Assembly: GCA_028864975.1 (NCBI GenBank)
Contig: JAGWLG010000017.1
Location: 1,624-65,623, forward strand
Direction of reading: 5' to 3'
DNA length: 64,000 nucleotides
Source: Thermoplasmata archaeon
GTDB lineage: Archaea; Thermoplasmatota; Thermoplasmata; Lutacidiplasmatales; UBA184
Below the pieces are notes generated by a model that had not been told where the DNA came from, made no database searches, and was given only the letters and a program-made list of their open reading frames with translations. Each line of letters starts with the position of its first letter. Within the stretch, counting starts at the first letter, position 1. This document shows positions 35,178-43,197 of this stretch, piece after piece. The position numbers and the translations under genes were made by a program.

Positions 35178-36710
35178 CTACGCCCAGTTCCACGTGAGGT
35201 CCCGTACGCCGAGCGGGTGACCGGTCAGCTCGGCCACCCGTGGCATCCAGTCGTAGGCGGCCCCGGGGGCGAACCAGTTCTGGGCCAGCCACGGACCGAG
35301 CTTCGGATTCGGCCAGAGGTCGCCGCCGACCAACTCGAGCCCGGCACGGAGGACCTGGGTTGAGACAATCGCCCCGAGGACGTAGCTCTTGAAGTAGAGC
35401 GGAGACTCCACTTGGATCGCATCCGCCCACATCCTAGGTTCGAACGAGTCGTATCCGTAGAGCTCTCGCTCCAGACGGTTCATCGTAACGCCGGGGTCCC
35501 TGTCGGGGTGTAGGTATGCCTGAACCTCGGTCTCGGTGTGCGAGAGCGTCATGGCAATCTCCCACCAGAAGCCTTCCTCTGCACGAACCCGAAGCTGCTG
35601 CGCTTGTTCCCTCGTCAAGTTGCGGATCGACCGTAGCCACCCCGGAGCGGACATGCTCCGTGGGAAGAGCATCCCGATGCCCTCTTGCAGACCACCGAAG
35701 CTGGGGGGGAAGTCCCAGGAGCGGAGAAGGAAGGAGGCTTGCCGAGTCAACAAGGCCGAGACAGCGTGGCCGACCTCGTGACACATGAGGCTGTGGCCGG
35801 ACCAGCCCGCTCGTGGGTTCATGATGATTCGTACATCCGATGGGACCTCCACCGCGATGGACAGTCCTCCGAAGGGAATCCGCCCTCCCGTGGTGGAGAA
35901 GCGGAAGGCCTTGGGCGGAAACCCCCACCCTTTGGCCGCGCGCACCGCCTCTGGGAAAGCCCGCTCTGGTGGAAACAGCGCGCTCGTTCCATCGAGTTCG
36001 AGGTGGTACAAGTGGCGATAGTCCCAGGGATACCAACCGGATTCTTGCGTCAGATCCTGGAACCTAGAACGGGCGCCGAGCATTCGGGCGCGCACGATAG
36101 GGACGAGCCGCTCCGAGAGGTCGTGCCACTGGCCGATGGTCAGCCCCTCCAGCGCGAGCCTAGCCGAGGCCAGGGAGCCCTGGCCGATCTCCCGACAGTG
36201 TTCGACCCTTTCCCGGATGAGGGCGAGCGTCCTAGGCTCGAGGACGCGGTCCCGGCCCATGAGGCCGTAGTAGGCCCTCTTCCTCTTCCGCCGGTCCGGG
36301 TCCTCTTTGAGGGTCCGCGCGAAGGAGGCGGAGTCGGGTTGGCCCCCCATATGTTTGGGAGCGAACTCCGAGAACGCGCGCTGGAGCGCGGATCTCTGCC
36401 CGATCAGCCTACGGGAATGCTCCAGCTGGCAGTCGACCACGTGCCGGCGGAGAAGCTCGAGGCGCCGCTCGACCATAGGTGTGGATGCACGGCTTCGGGC
36501 CTCGGCGATCCAATCGAGGATTCGCGGGGCCAGGAGACTCCTCGCCCGCAGCTCACGCAGCTCACCCGTTCCCCTGCGGCTCCGGCCCGTCCACACGGCA
36601 ATGTCCGCGAGTTTGATCCGACGATCGAGCGATGCGAGCTGCCCCTCCAGCTTGCCGAGGAAGCGCTCGTCGAGAGCGGGAGTGCTCGTTGGTGAAGGCA
36701 CGGGATGCAT
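35178..36710 (-). CDS. Gluzincin metallopeptidase (M3/M32-like fold)
   Basis: HExxH 'MCHEVGHAVSAL', with a candidate third ligand Glu about 28 residues downstream ('GGLQEGIGMLF'). No signal peptide is present. The length (510 aa) and helical composition fit oligopeptidase-type gluzincins. Confidence 0.7.
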   Translation of the reverse strand: MHPVPSPTSTPALDERFLGKLEGQLASLDRRIKLADIAVWTGRSRRGTGELRELRARSLLAPRILDWIAEARSRASTPMVERRLELLRRHVVDCQLEHSRRLIGQRSALQRAFSEFAPKHMGGQPDSASFARTLKEDPDRRKRKRAYYGLMGRDRVLEPRTLALIRERVEHCREIGQGSLASARLALEGLTIGQWHDLSERLVPIVRARMLGARSRFQDLTQESGWYPWDYRHLYHLELDGTSALFPPERAFPEAVRAAKGWGFPPKAFRFSTTGGRIPFGGLSIAVEVPSDVRIIMNPRAGWSGHSLMCHEVGHAVSALLTRQASFLLRSWDFPPSFGGLQEGIGMLFPRSMSAPGWLRSIRNLTREQAQQLRVRAEEGFWWEIAMTLSHTETEVQAYLHPDRDPGVTMNRLERELYGYDSFEPRMWADAIQVESPLYFKSYVLGAIVSTQVLRAGLELVGGDLWPNPKLGPWLAQNWFAPGAAYDWMPRVAELTGHPLGVRDLTWNWA

Positions 36711-36737
36711 GTGCTCTAAGCAGCGCGAGGGATGGAG

Positions 36738-36744
36738 ATAAAAT
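36738..36744 (-). promoter_or_regulatory. TATA-like box (attttat on the minus strand) about 31 nt upstream of ATG 36710
   Basis: AT island 'gagataaaatgg' in the 72-nt gap upstream of the peptidase gene. It would drive the peptidase / SLOG / P-loop trio. Confidence 0.45.
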
Positions 36745-36782
36745 GGTGTTAGGAAATAGTCGCTCTAATTTGAGCGCGGCGG

Positions 36783-37241
36783 TCATCGCCGCCGGGTTCG
36801 CCCCTTCGATGGAGGTCCAGCCTTCGGGAGGCCGGTCCCTGCGGCCCGACCTCTGTTCAGCCCTGCCTCCTTGAGGATCTCTGCGACAACAGGGTAGCTC
36901 ACCTGGTGCCCTCTCGACGCGAGCTCACGCGCCAAGGCTCGAACGCTCTTGGTCTGACTTCCCCGAGCAACTCCCGGTCCCAAGGCTGTCACGAGGTCCG
37001 CAAGTAGTGTGGGGTCCTTCTCCACGAGCTTCTTGCGACCCCCTCCGTATCGGCGGACTCGCCACGCGTCCCGAGGCAAGGCTCCCTCGATCTCGCGAAT
37101 CCCGCGGGAGATTGTGCTCCGTGCCGCGCCCGAGGCCTTGTGCACCTGCTCGATCCCACCGCGCCCGAGGGCGCGGGCTTCGGAAGCCAGTACCAGACGG
37201 CGGCTCCGTTCATCGAGCGACACACTGATGTGCGAGAACAT
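36783..37241 (-). pseudogene. ISAzo13-family (Rhodopirellula-type DDE) transposase, N-terminal fragment only
   Basis: 'LDERSRRLVLASEARALGRGGIEQVHKASGAARSTISRGIREIE...VRRYGGGRKKLVEKDPTLLADLVTAL...GSQTKSVRALARELASRGHQVSYPVVAEILKEAGL' matches the N-terminal HTH region of ISAzo13-type transposases from memory. The DDE catalytic part (about 300 aa) is absent. The fragment is read in frame with the upstream methyltransferase ORF. Confidence 0.6.
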
Positions 37242-37529
37242 CTTGCCAAGTGTGGCCACATCCACAGCGCGCCTCCCCGTCCGCTTCACAGGTGTCAACA
37301 GGGGGAGGCCCCATTTCAGGGCCTCTGTCAGCGGTTCATCCCCTCTGTCGGATCTTCCCCCGCCTGGAAGATCGAGAAGGGACGCACCGTGCCGACTTGG
37401 ACGACCGAGCTCGCGAACCTGCCGGCGAGATGGGACCACGAGTTCAGTAGGGCGCTCGTCCAATCCGAGGACCGCGAGGCCTTTCGCCAGTTCACGCTCG
37501 AGAGAACCTCTAGCGCGGCTCGAATCGAT

Positions 37530-38243
37530 ACACCTCGGACCACCGGTCGGGGTCCGTCGCCCCCGCGGGGGGGCCCTGCCCATCTCGCGCTTGACCAGCT
37601 CCCAACTCTGTGCAGCCATCAGCGGTTCCAGCACGAACGGCGACCACATGGCGTGGTCGAGCTTCGTCGACCACCCTCCTCGGGATGGGGTGGCCGTGAT
37701 ACGGATGACCCCCGCCTCGAAATCCACGTCGGTTGTACGGCTGGTGATTGTGCCTCGCCCGGGCCGACGCTGAACGTAGGGGCGACGGGTCCAATGCCCT
37801 CGCCAGAACATCCCAATAGCGTCGCGGTAGTCCACCAAGAACCTGCTTCCGCGGTGGACGTGGGAAGCGAGATGTTCGAGCAGCTCGAGCATCCCCCGGG
37901 TGTTGACGTGGCACAGCGCGTTCCCCAGCAGGGTTACCGTGTCGAACCTCCCGTTAACTGGGACCTTCGTGATATCCCCTAGAACGAAGGCGGACCTCGA
38001 GTTTCGAGCTCGGGCCGACGAGCGAGCCGCTCGAATCATGTCCGGGTTCAGGTCGACACCAACGTAGGCGCGCCCGGTCGGGTCGAGGACCACAGCCAAG
38101 ACCCCTCCCCCGCACGCGAGGTCAAGCACGCGCTTTCCGAAGGAGGCTCGGTTCGCCTCGACGAACGCAGAGAGGGCGTTCGTTCGGTCTTCATCCGCTG
38201 GCGTGTACCTGCGCCAGTTCTCGGCGGTGCGATAGTACTTCAC
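37530..38243 (-). CDS. Class I SAM-dependent methyltransferase (3' end undefined, runs in frame into the transposase remnant)
   Basis: Motif I 'VLDLACGGGVLAVVL', motif II 'YVGVDLNPDMI', post-II 'FVLGDITKVP', motif IV 'FDTVTLLGNAL'. The start is tentatively GTG 38243 (VKYYRTAENW). There is no stop before 36783, so the 3' coordinate is approximate. Confidence 0.6.
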
Positions 38244-38826
38244 CAGCTGAGTCGGCCTCGACCGCACGGGTCCGGCGAGAACCGCTTGAAAGAAAAGCCT
38301 ACCTTTAGCTCCTTCGTCGACGGAATGTCGTTCGAGGATGATGGCCGCTCGGATGGAGGAGTTCGTGTCCGTCCGAGTTCCGACCTTGCGGGGATGCGTT
38401 TGGATCAGGGGACCGCGCACAGAGGGCGGACCCGCGTATGATCCTCGGGCGGCAACGAAGGATCGTGGACCTGGAGAGGAGGGTGGTCGTCCCATCCGGC
38501 CCTACCAGGTACGAACGGAGCGCTGCCGAGCCCTTGCCTCCCGGTCTGACTGTCCTACCGTAGGGGCAAGGGCATGAGCTTCCTGAACCGCGCCCCGAAG
38601 TCTCCTCGCTTAACGGAATTGCTCTGCCCACCGCAACGATCTTCGGGCGCAAGACAGCATGACCTTCGCACGAGTGTCGCCCCGGTCCCCTCTATCATGA
38701 GGGCGCCTTCCAAGGACTCCGGACTCGTCCCCTTTGTGCGTCCTCCAATGAGATGGTCCGCCGGAGCGCATTGGGTCCCCAGGATAGGCCCCGAACACAA
38801 TTAGCTTCAGCGCCCTGCTTCCCAAT

Positions 38827-39258
38827 CTATCCGCTGGGCACCTCGGAGTTGGAGGGAGGGTCCACGGAGTCGGGGTTGGCCCTCGGAAGACCCGTTGCAT
38901 GGAAGTGAGACCGAAAGCTTGCTAGTTCGATGTCGGGAATCGCGAGCGAGGATACGAGCATCTGCACCAGGCCGAGCGCGAGGATCGTGAGCAATCCGGC
39001 CCCAAAGAACACCGCGACCATGGCGAAGACCAGGCCCGAAGCCAACACGGTCCGCCCGACCCCGAGGATCGGCCCCCAAGCCCCGAACAGGATCCCTAGT
39101 CCGAACGGCAGGAACCAGAGCAACCCGCCAACGACCAGCAGGGGACCTGACCCAACAGACATCGTGATCAGGATCACGGGGAAGGCCACGGAACCGGTGG
39201 TGGCTGTGAGAAGCATACCGGTAATCCAATAGCCGGTCCTCTGCGTCCACAGGGCCAC
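38827..39258 (-). CDS. Small polytopic membrane protein (4 TM)
   Basis: Strongly hydrophobic 143-aa ORF with Gly-rich helices. No motif was recognised. Confidence 0.5.
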   Translation of the reverse strand: MALWTQRTGYWITGMLLTATTGSVAFPVILITMSVGSGPLLVVGGLLWFLPFGLGILFGAWGPILGVGRTVLASGLVFAMVAVFFGAGLLTILALGLVQMLVSSLAIPDIELASFRSHFHATGLPRANPDSVDPPSNSEVPSG

Positions 39259-39319
39259 AGGTCACGAAAGTGGTCCCGTCCAGAAAGCTCCTTCGGTGCC
39301 TCCGGCGACAGAGGGAACG

Positions 39320-40408
39320 TCATCGAGGATCGCCCACGGAACTCGCGAGGCTCGCCGAAGGCAAGGGCACTCCATGTGCGGACATGACATGGCGGTGTCT
39401 CCGCCAAAGATAGCCCAGCAGCGAGATGATCAGCAGGTCGTATCCAACGACCGCCACCATCCCGATCCCCGTGTGGAGCTGCCCAAAGAACCCTTGGGGG
39501 AGCGCCACCGCGACGAACCCGGCGCAGAGCGCGACGAGCTGGAGCTCATTCCCCGTCCTCCCCACGTGCCGAACCACCCAGAGCAGCGCGAGAGATCCGA
39601 TCGCCAAGAGGAAGACCGCGATCAACAGAGGCATCACGCCGTTCGAAGCCATTCCGTCGCTCCCGAACGTGACGAGCGCGAAGAACCCGACAGCGAAGAG
39701 GAACATGGTGAGCGGTCGGGAGGTCGGTGTCGGCCGAGGAGGACGAAGCAGGTCCGCGCGCACGTAGTAGGCGGCGACCACGAGCGCAGCGATGGCCGCT
39801 GCGCATCCCGCCCAGAGGACCGGTCCCGCGTAGAAGTGCCGAACGTACCCGATGAGCACAAGCGTGCCGATGGCGTCGACCGCCGCGCCTACGAGCGCCC
39901 AGCGGATCTGCTTCGAGCTCAGGAGCGTCCTTCCTCGGGTCTCGGGCATTGCGAGCTGCAAGAGGAGTATCGGGAGGGAGACGCTGAAGACCGGATGGAT
40001 GATCAGCACGAGCTGGGTCGTCCACACCCAGTTGACCCCCAGCCAGTGGCCGTAGGTCGAAACCACCCCTAGAACCCCGGCATCGTTCGGGTTGAACAAC
40101 GTCGCCGCACCCACCCCCTCGTTCAGGATCCCGTACGCCGCCCCGAGCAACAGGACGCTCGCCCACCCCTTGCCCCAACGGACCTTCGCTTCCCGGATGA
40201 GGAGGACCGCGAGCCCGTACGACCCCAGGTTCTGGGCGAGGAAGGCGAAGAAGAATGGAGGGTTGAGCACGAGCCAGCTGATCTGCGTCGAACCGGTGAG
40301 GTACTCCACCATCGGGGCCAGGAGGCCCAGGAAGAGCGCCGGGTGGGCCCGAAAGAACGCCCCTCCGCGTGCGATGGGGGTCGAGAGGGGTCTGGGCAGT
40401 CCCGACAC
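39320..40408 (-). CDS. Polytopic membrane protein (~9-10 TM), unknown function
   Basis: 362-aa hydrophobic ORF. A conserved-looking 'GAAYGILNEGVGAATLFNPN' loop is present. No family is assigned. Confidence 0.55.
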   Translation of the reverse strand: MSGLPRPLSTPIARGGAFFRAHPALFLGLLAPMVEYLTGSTQISWLVLNPPFFFAFLAQNLGSYGLAVLLIREAKVRWGKGWASVLLLGAAYGILNEGVGAATLFNPNDAGVLGVVSTYGHWLGVNWVWTTQLVLIIHPVFSVSLPILLLQLAMPETRGRTLLSSKQIRWALVGAAVDAIGTLVLIGYVRHFYAGPVLWAGCAAAIAALVVAAYYVRADLLRPPRPTPTSRPLTMFLFAVGFFALVTFGSDGMASNGVMPLLIAVFLLAIGSLALLWVVRHVGRTGNELQLVALCAGFVAVALPQGFFGQLHTGIGMVAVVGYDLLIISLLGYLWRRHRHVMSAHGVPLPSASLASSVGDPR

Positions 40409-40545
40409 GGGCGATACTCCCCAGCTACGTTGTTGGGGAGGAAGTTCTACATGAACACCTCAGGAGGATTCTGCTGTCCCTTCTGGGAGGGGACCGAGGG
40501 GCATCGAGGGCTCCGGGCCGTCTGTCGCGGGGAGATCCCCGTGCT

Positions 40546-41388
40546 TCACATCGGGAGAAAGGCCCCGCACTGACGGCACGTGACGTCCCCGGGACGTCGT
40601 TCCAGCCCGCAGCTAGGACAGGACGGGGGCCCGAGCGGCTCCTGGCGGGAGCGGTCGACCACCGGGGGGAGTACGGTGGGCAGCATAGGCTGGCGTGGCG
40701 AAGGGGGGGGTGAGGAGCCGGGGGGGGCCCCGGGTGAGACGAACCCGTAGCTCGATGGGGGCGGTGGAGGGGGCGGAGGCGCTGCGGGTGGGGGCGTCAC
40801 GACCGCTGTCGGGGGAGGCGGTGGAGGAGCAGGTGCGGCCGAACCCGCGGAGGAAGGGGTCGAGGGAGCGAGGGGAGCTTCCTTCGCCTTCTCCTTGTCC
40901 TCCTCCTTCTTCGGTTTCGGCGCGGGTTCCTTGGGCGGGGGGCCGAAGAAGCCCTGATGGGCCCGGAAGAGCAGCACTCCGGGGAAGACACCGCCCAGGA
41001 CCATGCCAAGCGCCGAGCCCAAGAGGCTGCTCTGGAAGAAATGGGAACCGTCGTTCTCCTCCTCAATCGAGAGGAGCATCGCCCCTGTGACCGAGATGGC
41101 GATGCCCAGGTCGACCAACGCGCCGACCGTCCAGAGGATGACGAGCGACCACGCTTCCATCGGCCAGCCGGGGAAGAGCGAAGACCCCACGTCGAAGACC
41201 CAGTAGACCAGACCCAGCAGCATGGCGGCGCCGGCAATCGAGCCCCAGCGGGCGACCTTCACCCGGCCCTCAAGATGCTCTCGGCTCTCCGGGGTCTCCA
41301 TCCAGGGCGGATGGGTGGGAACCAGGGCGTTCAATGCGTGGAGGGCCGGGGCTACGGGGTTCGCGGGAGCGGAGGCGGAGGCCGCCAT
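40546..41388 (-). CDS. Membrane protein with a poly-Pro linker and a C-terminal zinc ribbon
   Basis: Three or four TM helices, then 'KEPAPKPKKEEDKEKAKE', long P-runs, and a terminal 'CPSCGLERRPGDVTCRQCG'. It lies 75 nt downstream of the last pilin-like gene on the same strand. Confidence 0.6.
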   Translation of the reverse strand: MAASASAPANPVAPALHALNALVPTHPPWMETPESREHLEGRVKVARWGSIAGAAMLLGLVYWVFDVGSSLFPGWPMEAWSLVILWTVGALVDLGIAISVTGAMLLSIEEENDGSHFFQSSLLGSALGMVLGGVFPGVLLFRAHQGFFGPPPKEPAPKPKKEEDKEKAKEAPLAPSTPSSAGSAAPAPPPPPPTAVVTPPPAAPPPPPPPPSSYGFVSPGAPPGSSPPPSPRQPMLPTVLPPVVDRSRQEPLGPPSCPSCGLERRPGDVTCRQCGAFLPM

Positions 41389-41463
41389 GTCAGTCGCCCT
41401 CCCCCTGCGGGAATGTGGAGGAGAAGGGGTGGGCCGCGGCGGGTCGCCGGGGGAGGTGCTCGC

Positions 41464-42036
41464 TCATGGGCACGCCGACGGGGTGAACCCCGTCGGGTAA
41501 AAGATGGTGAGGTAGGTGGGGGAGGCGTCGACCCAGGCGAGCACGACGCTCACATGCATGTCCACGCCCGCCGAGAAGGTGATGCAAGGGGTGGCGTGGT
41601 CCCAGCTCGTGAGCTGGGCCTGCGTGGTCTGGTACCCCGCCGCGGCGAGCGCCTGCAGGGTCGCAGGGGAGTAAAGGTGGACCGGGTTGTCGAAGGATCC
41701 GGAGCGGGAGACCGATCCCCCCGGAAGGTTGGCACTCGCGATCAGGAAGTCGGGCGTGACCAGGAACTGGTAGAGGACCCCGTCTGCGCTCGACGGGAGC
41801 TGGGTCCCGTTCCCCCCCGGGACGGGGGCCGCACCGAAGGTGAACTCCTCGGAGGTCGCGGCGCTCAACCCTTCGTCCCGGTCGACGTGCGTCACGACCG
41901 AGGTCACGACCGCCTCCAGGGCACCTCCCACCCCCGTGTTGCGGTCCATCGCGACGACGGCCGACATCCCGATGATCACGAGCGTGAGGGCGACCATGCT
42001 CGCCACGAGGAGGGAGACCACCCAGTCGAAGATCAT
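41464..42036 (-). CDS. Pilin-like/minor-pilin-like protein (N-terminal hydrophobic helix plus beta-rich body)
   Basis: Start ATG at 42036 overlaps the upstream stop at 42033-42035 (ATGA). N-terminus MIFDWVVSLLVASMVALTLVIIGMSAVVAM. The upstream part of the listed ORF 41464..42555 is Arg/Pro-rich shadow sequence. Confidence 0.6.
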   Translation of the reverse strand: MIFDWVVSLLVASMVALTLVIIGMSAVVAMDRNTGVGGALEAVVTSVVTHVDRDEGLSAATSEEFTFGAAPVPGGNGTQLPSSADGVLYQFLVTPDFLIASANLPGGSVSRSGSFDNPVHLYSPATLQALAAAGYQTTQAQLTSWDHATPCITFSAGVDMHVSVVLAWVDASPTYLTIFYPTGFTPSACP

Positions 42037-42605
42037 CCGCCGTAGGCCCTCCCGACCAGGACGTAGTCGAGGACCCCGCCGCCCGGGAGCGGATAGGCGC
42101 GCTTCTCGAAGAAGAGCGTCATCGAGCTGCCCACCGTCGTGGGGAACGCCGGGCCGAGGGCGGAGGAGAGGTTCGTCATCAGGACGTTCCCGGCTCCTGT
42201 TGACGCGAGGGCCCTGTAGGTCGTGCTCCCGACCACGCCGACGGCCCAGGCCGCCTGATAGTTCGGGGTTCCCCCCGAGGTCAGCAAGGCCGCGCCGACG
42301 GTCACGAGGGCGCCTCCGGGATTGACGTCGAGCAGCAGGGTCGTGTTCAGGTCCCCCTCGAAGGTCTGGACCGCGGTGGAGACGATGTCGTTCACGACGA
42401 CCTCCATCTGGTCGGTCTCCTGGAACGAGCGGAACGCAAGGAACCCTCCGATCACGATGGGAAGGACCATCGCGAGCACCAGCACGATGATCGTGAGCTC
42501 GAGGGGCATCTCGAGAACGCCCCGTCGCGCCCGGGCGAGACGCCGCCCGCGACACCCCGACCGGGGTCGGGGCCGGAGGATGCCAGTTCGTTGGGGGACG
42601 GTCAT
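42033..42605 (-). CDS. Pilin-like protein with a class-III-like N-terminus
   Basis: Basic leader 'RGRRLARARRGVLE' followed by 'MPLELTIIVLVLAMVLPIVIGG'. ATG at 42605 overlaps the upstream stop (ATGA). Confidence 0.6.
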   Translation of the reverse strand: MTVPQRTGILRPRPRSGCRGRRLARARRGVLEMPLELTIIVLVLAMVLPIVIGGFLAFRSFQETDQMEVVVNDIVSTAVQTFEGDLNTTLLLDVNPGGALVTVGAALLTSGGTPNYQAAWAVGVVGSTTYRALASTGAGNVLMTNLSSALGPAFPTTVGSSMTLFFEKRAYPLPGGGVLDYVLVGRAYGG

Positions 42606-43135
42606 GCGAGGTACACCACGAACGACGTCGTGGCCGTCTCCGTGGAGGTGGAACCGACGCTGGCCGGGGGCGTGTAGGTGCCCGTGGCCGTCATATCGAC
42701 GTAGGGGGAGTGCGTGGGCGGCGCGGGGGAGAAGGTCAGCTCGACGCTCCCGTTGCTCCCGGTGGTGCCGATGGCGCCGGTGCCGCCCCCGGCGAGCGTG
42801 ACCGCGACGCCGGGAAGCCCGGCCCCGTGCTCGTCCGAGGCGAGCACCCAGACGTAGATCGGGGTCGAGGACTCGGTCAGGAACCCTCCGCCCCCTCCCC
42901 GGGAGTCCGTGACGCTCACAGCGGAGAGGTGGTGGGCCTGGGCGTAGCCGAGCCAGAAGAAGAGGAGCGTGACCCCGGCTCCGATGATCATGATCGAGAT
43001 GACGAGCTCGAGCCCCATGCCTTCGAGGGTCGCGCGTCGCCCTCGCAGCCTCCTTCGAGACGAGGAGGAGCGGAGCAGCGCAGGGTGGGGGGATGGGACC
43101 ACCACGCTCTTCCTAGGCCACGGTCGAGATTTCAT
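42602..43135 (-). CDS. Pilin-like protein with a class-III-like N-terminus
   Basis: 'RRRLRGRRATLEGMGLELVISIMIIGAGVTLLFFWL' is followed by a Gly/Thr-rich beta body. The start is at the internal Met 43135 of ORF 42602..44650 (alternative Met at 43018), 62 nt after the FlaJ-like stop. Confidence 0.6.
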   Translation of the reverse strand: MKSRPWPRKSVVVPSPHPALLRSSSSRRRLRGRRATLEGMGLELVISIMIIGAGVTLLFFWLGYAQAHHLSAVSVTDSRGGGGGFLTESSTPIYVWVLASDEHGAGLPGVAVTLAGGGTGAIGTTGSNGSVELTFSPAPPTHSPYVDMTATGTYTPPASVGSTSTETATTSFVVYLA

Positions 43136-43197
43136 CCTTCGGACACGTGGGCCGGTGGACGAGGGCGGGGGGGAGAGGACGCCGAGGTCGGGAGGGG

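Noticed and set aside
38530-38573. Hairpin with a perfect 9-bp stem (GCCCTTGCC / GGCAAGGGC) and a ~26-nt loop in the 330-nt non-coding stretch at the right edge of the islet.
   Set aside because: It is a single modest stem in GC-rich DNA with a large loop and no flanking T-run or partner repeat. This is not enough to call a terminator, an att site or an ncRNA.
42037-42555. Upstream two thirds of ORF 41464..42555, and likewise the upstream part of ORF 42602..44650 and the first 88 aa of ORF 48902..51055.
   Set aside because: The sequence is Arg/Pro/Gly-rich and overlaps better-supported frames (pilin-like genes, FlaJ-like gene). Internal Mets that create ATGA overlaps with the preceding stop give sensible N-terminal hydrophobic helices or signal peptides.
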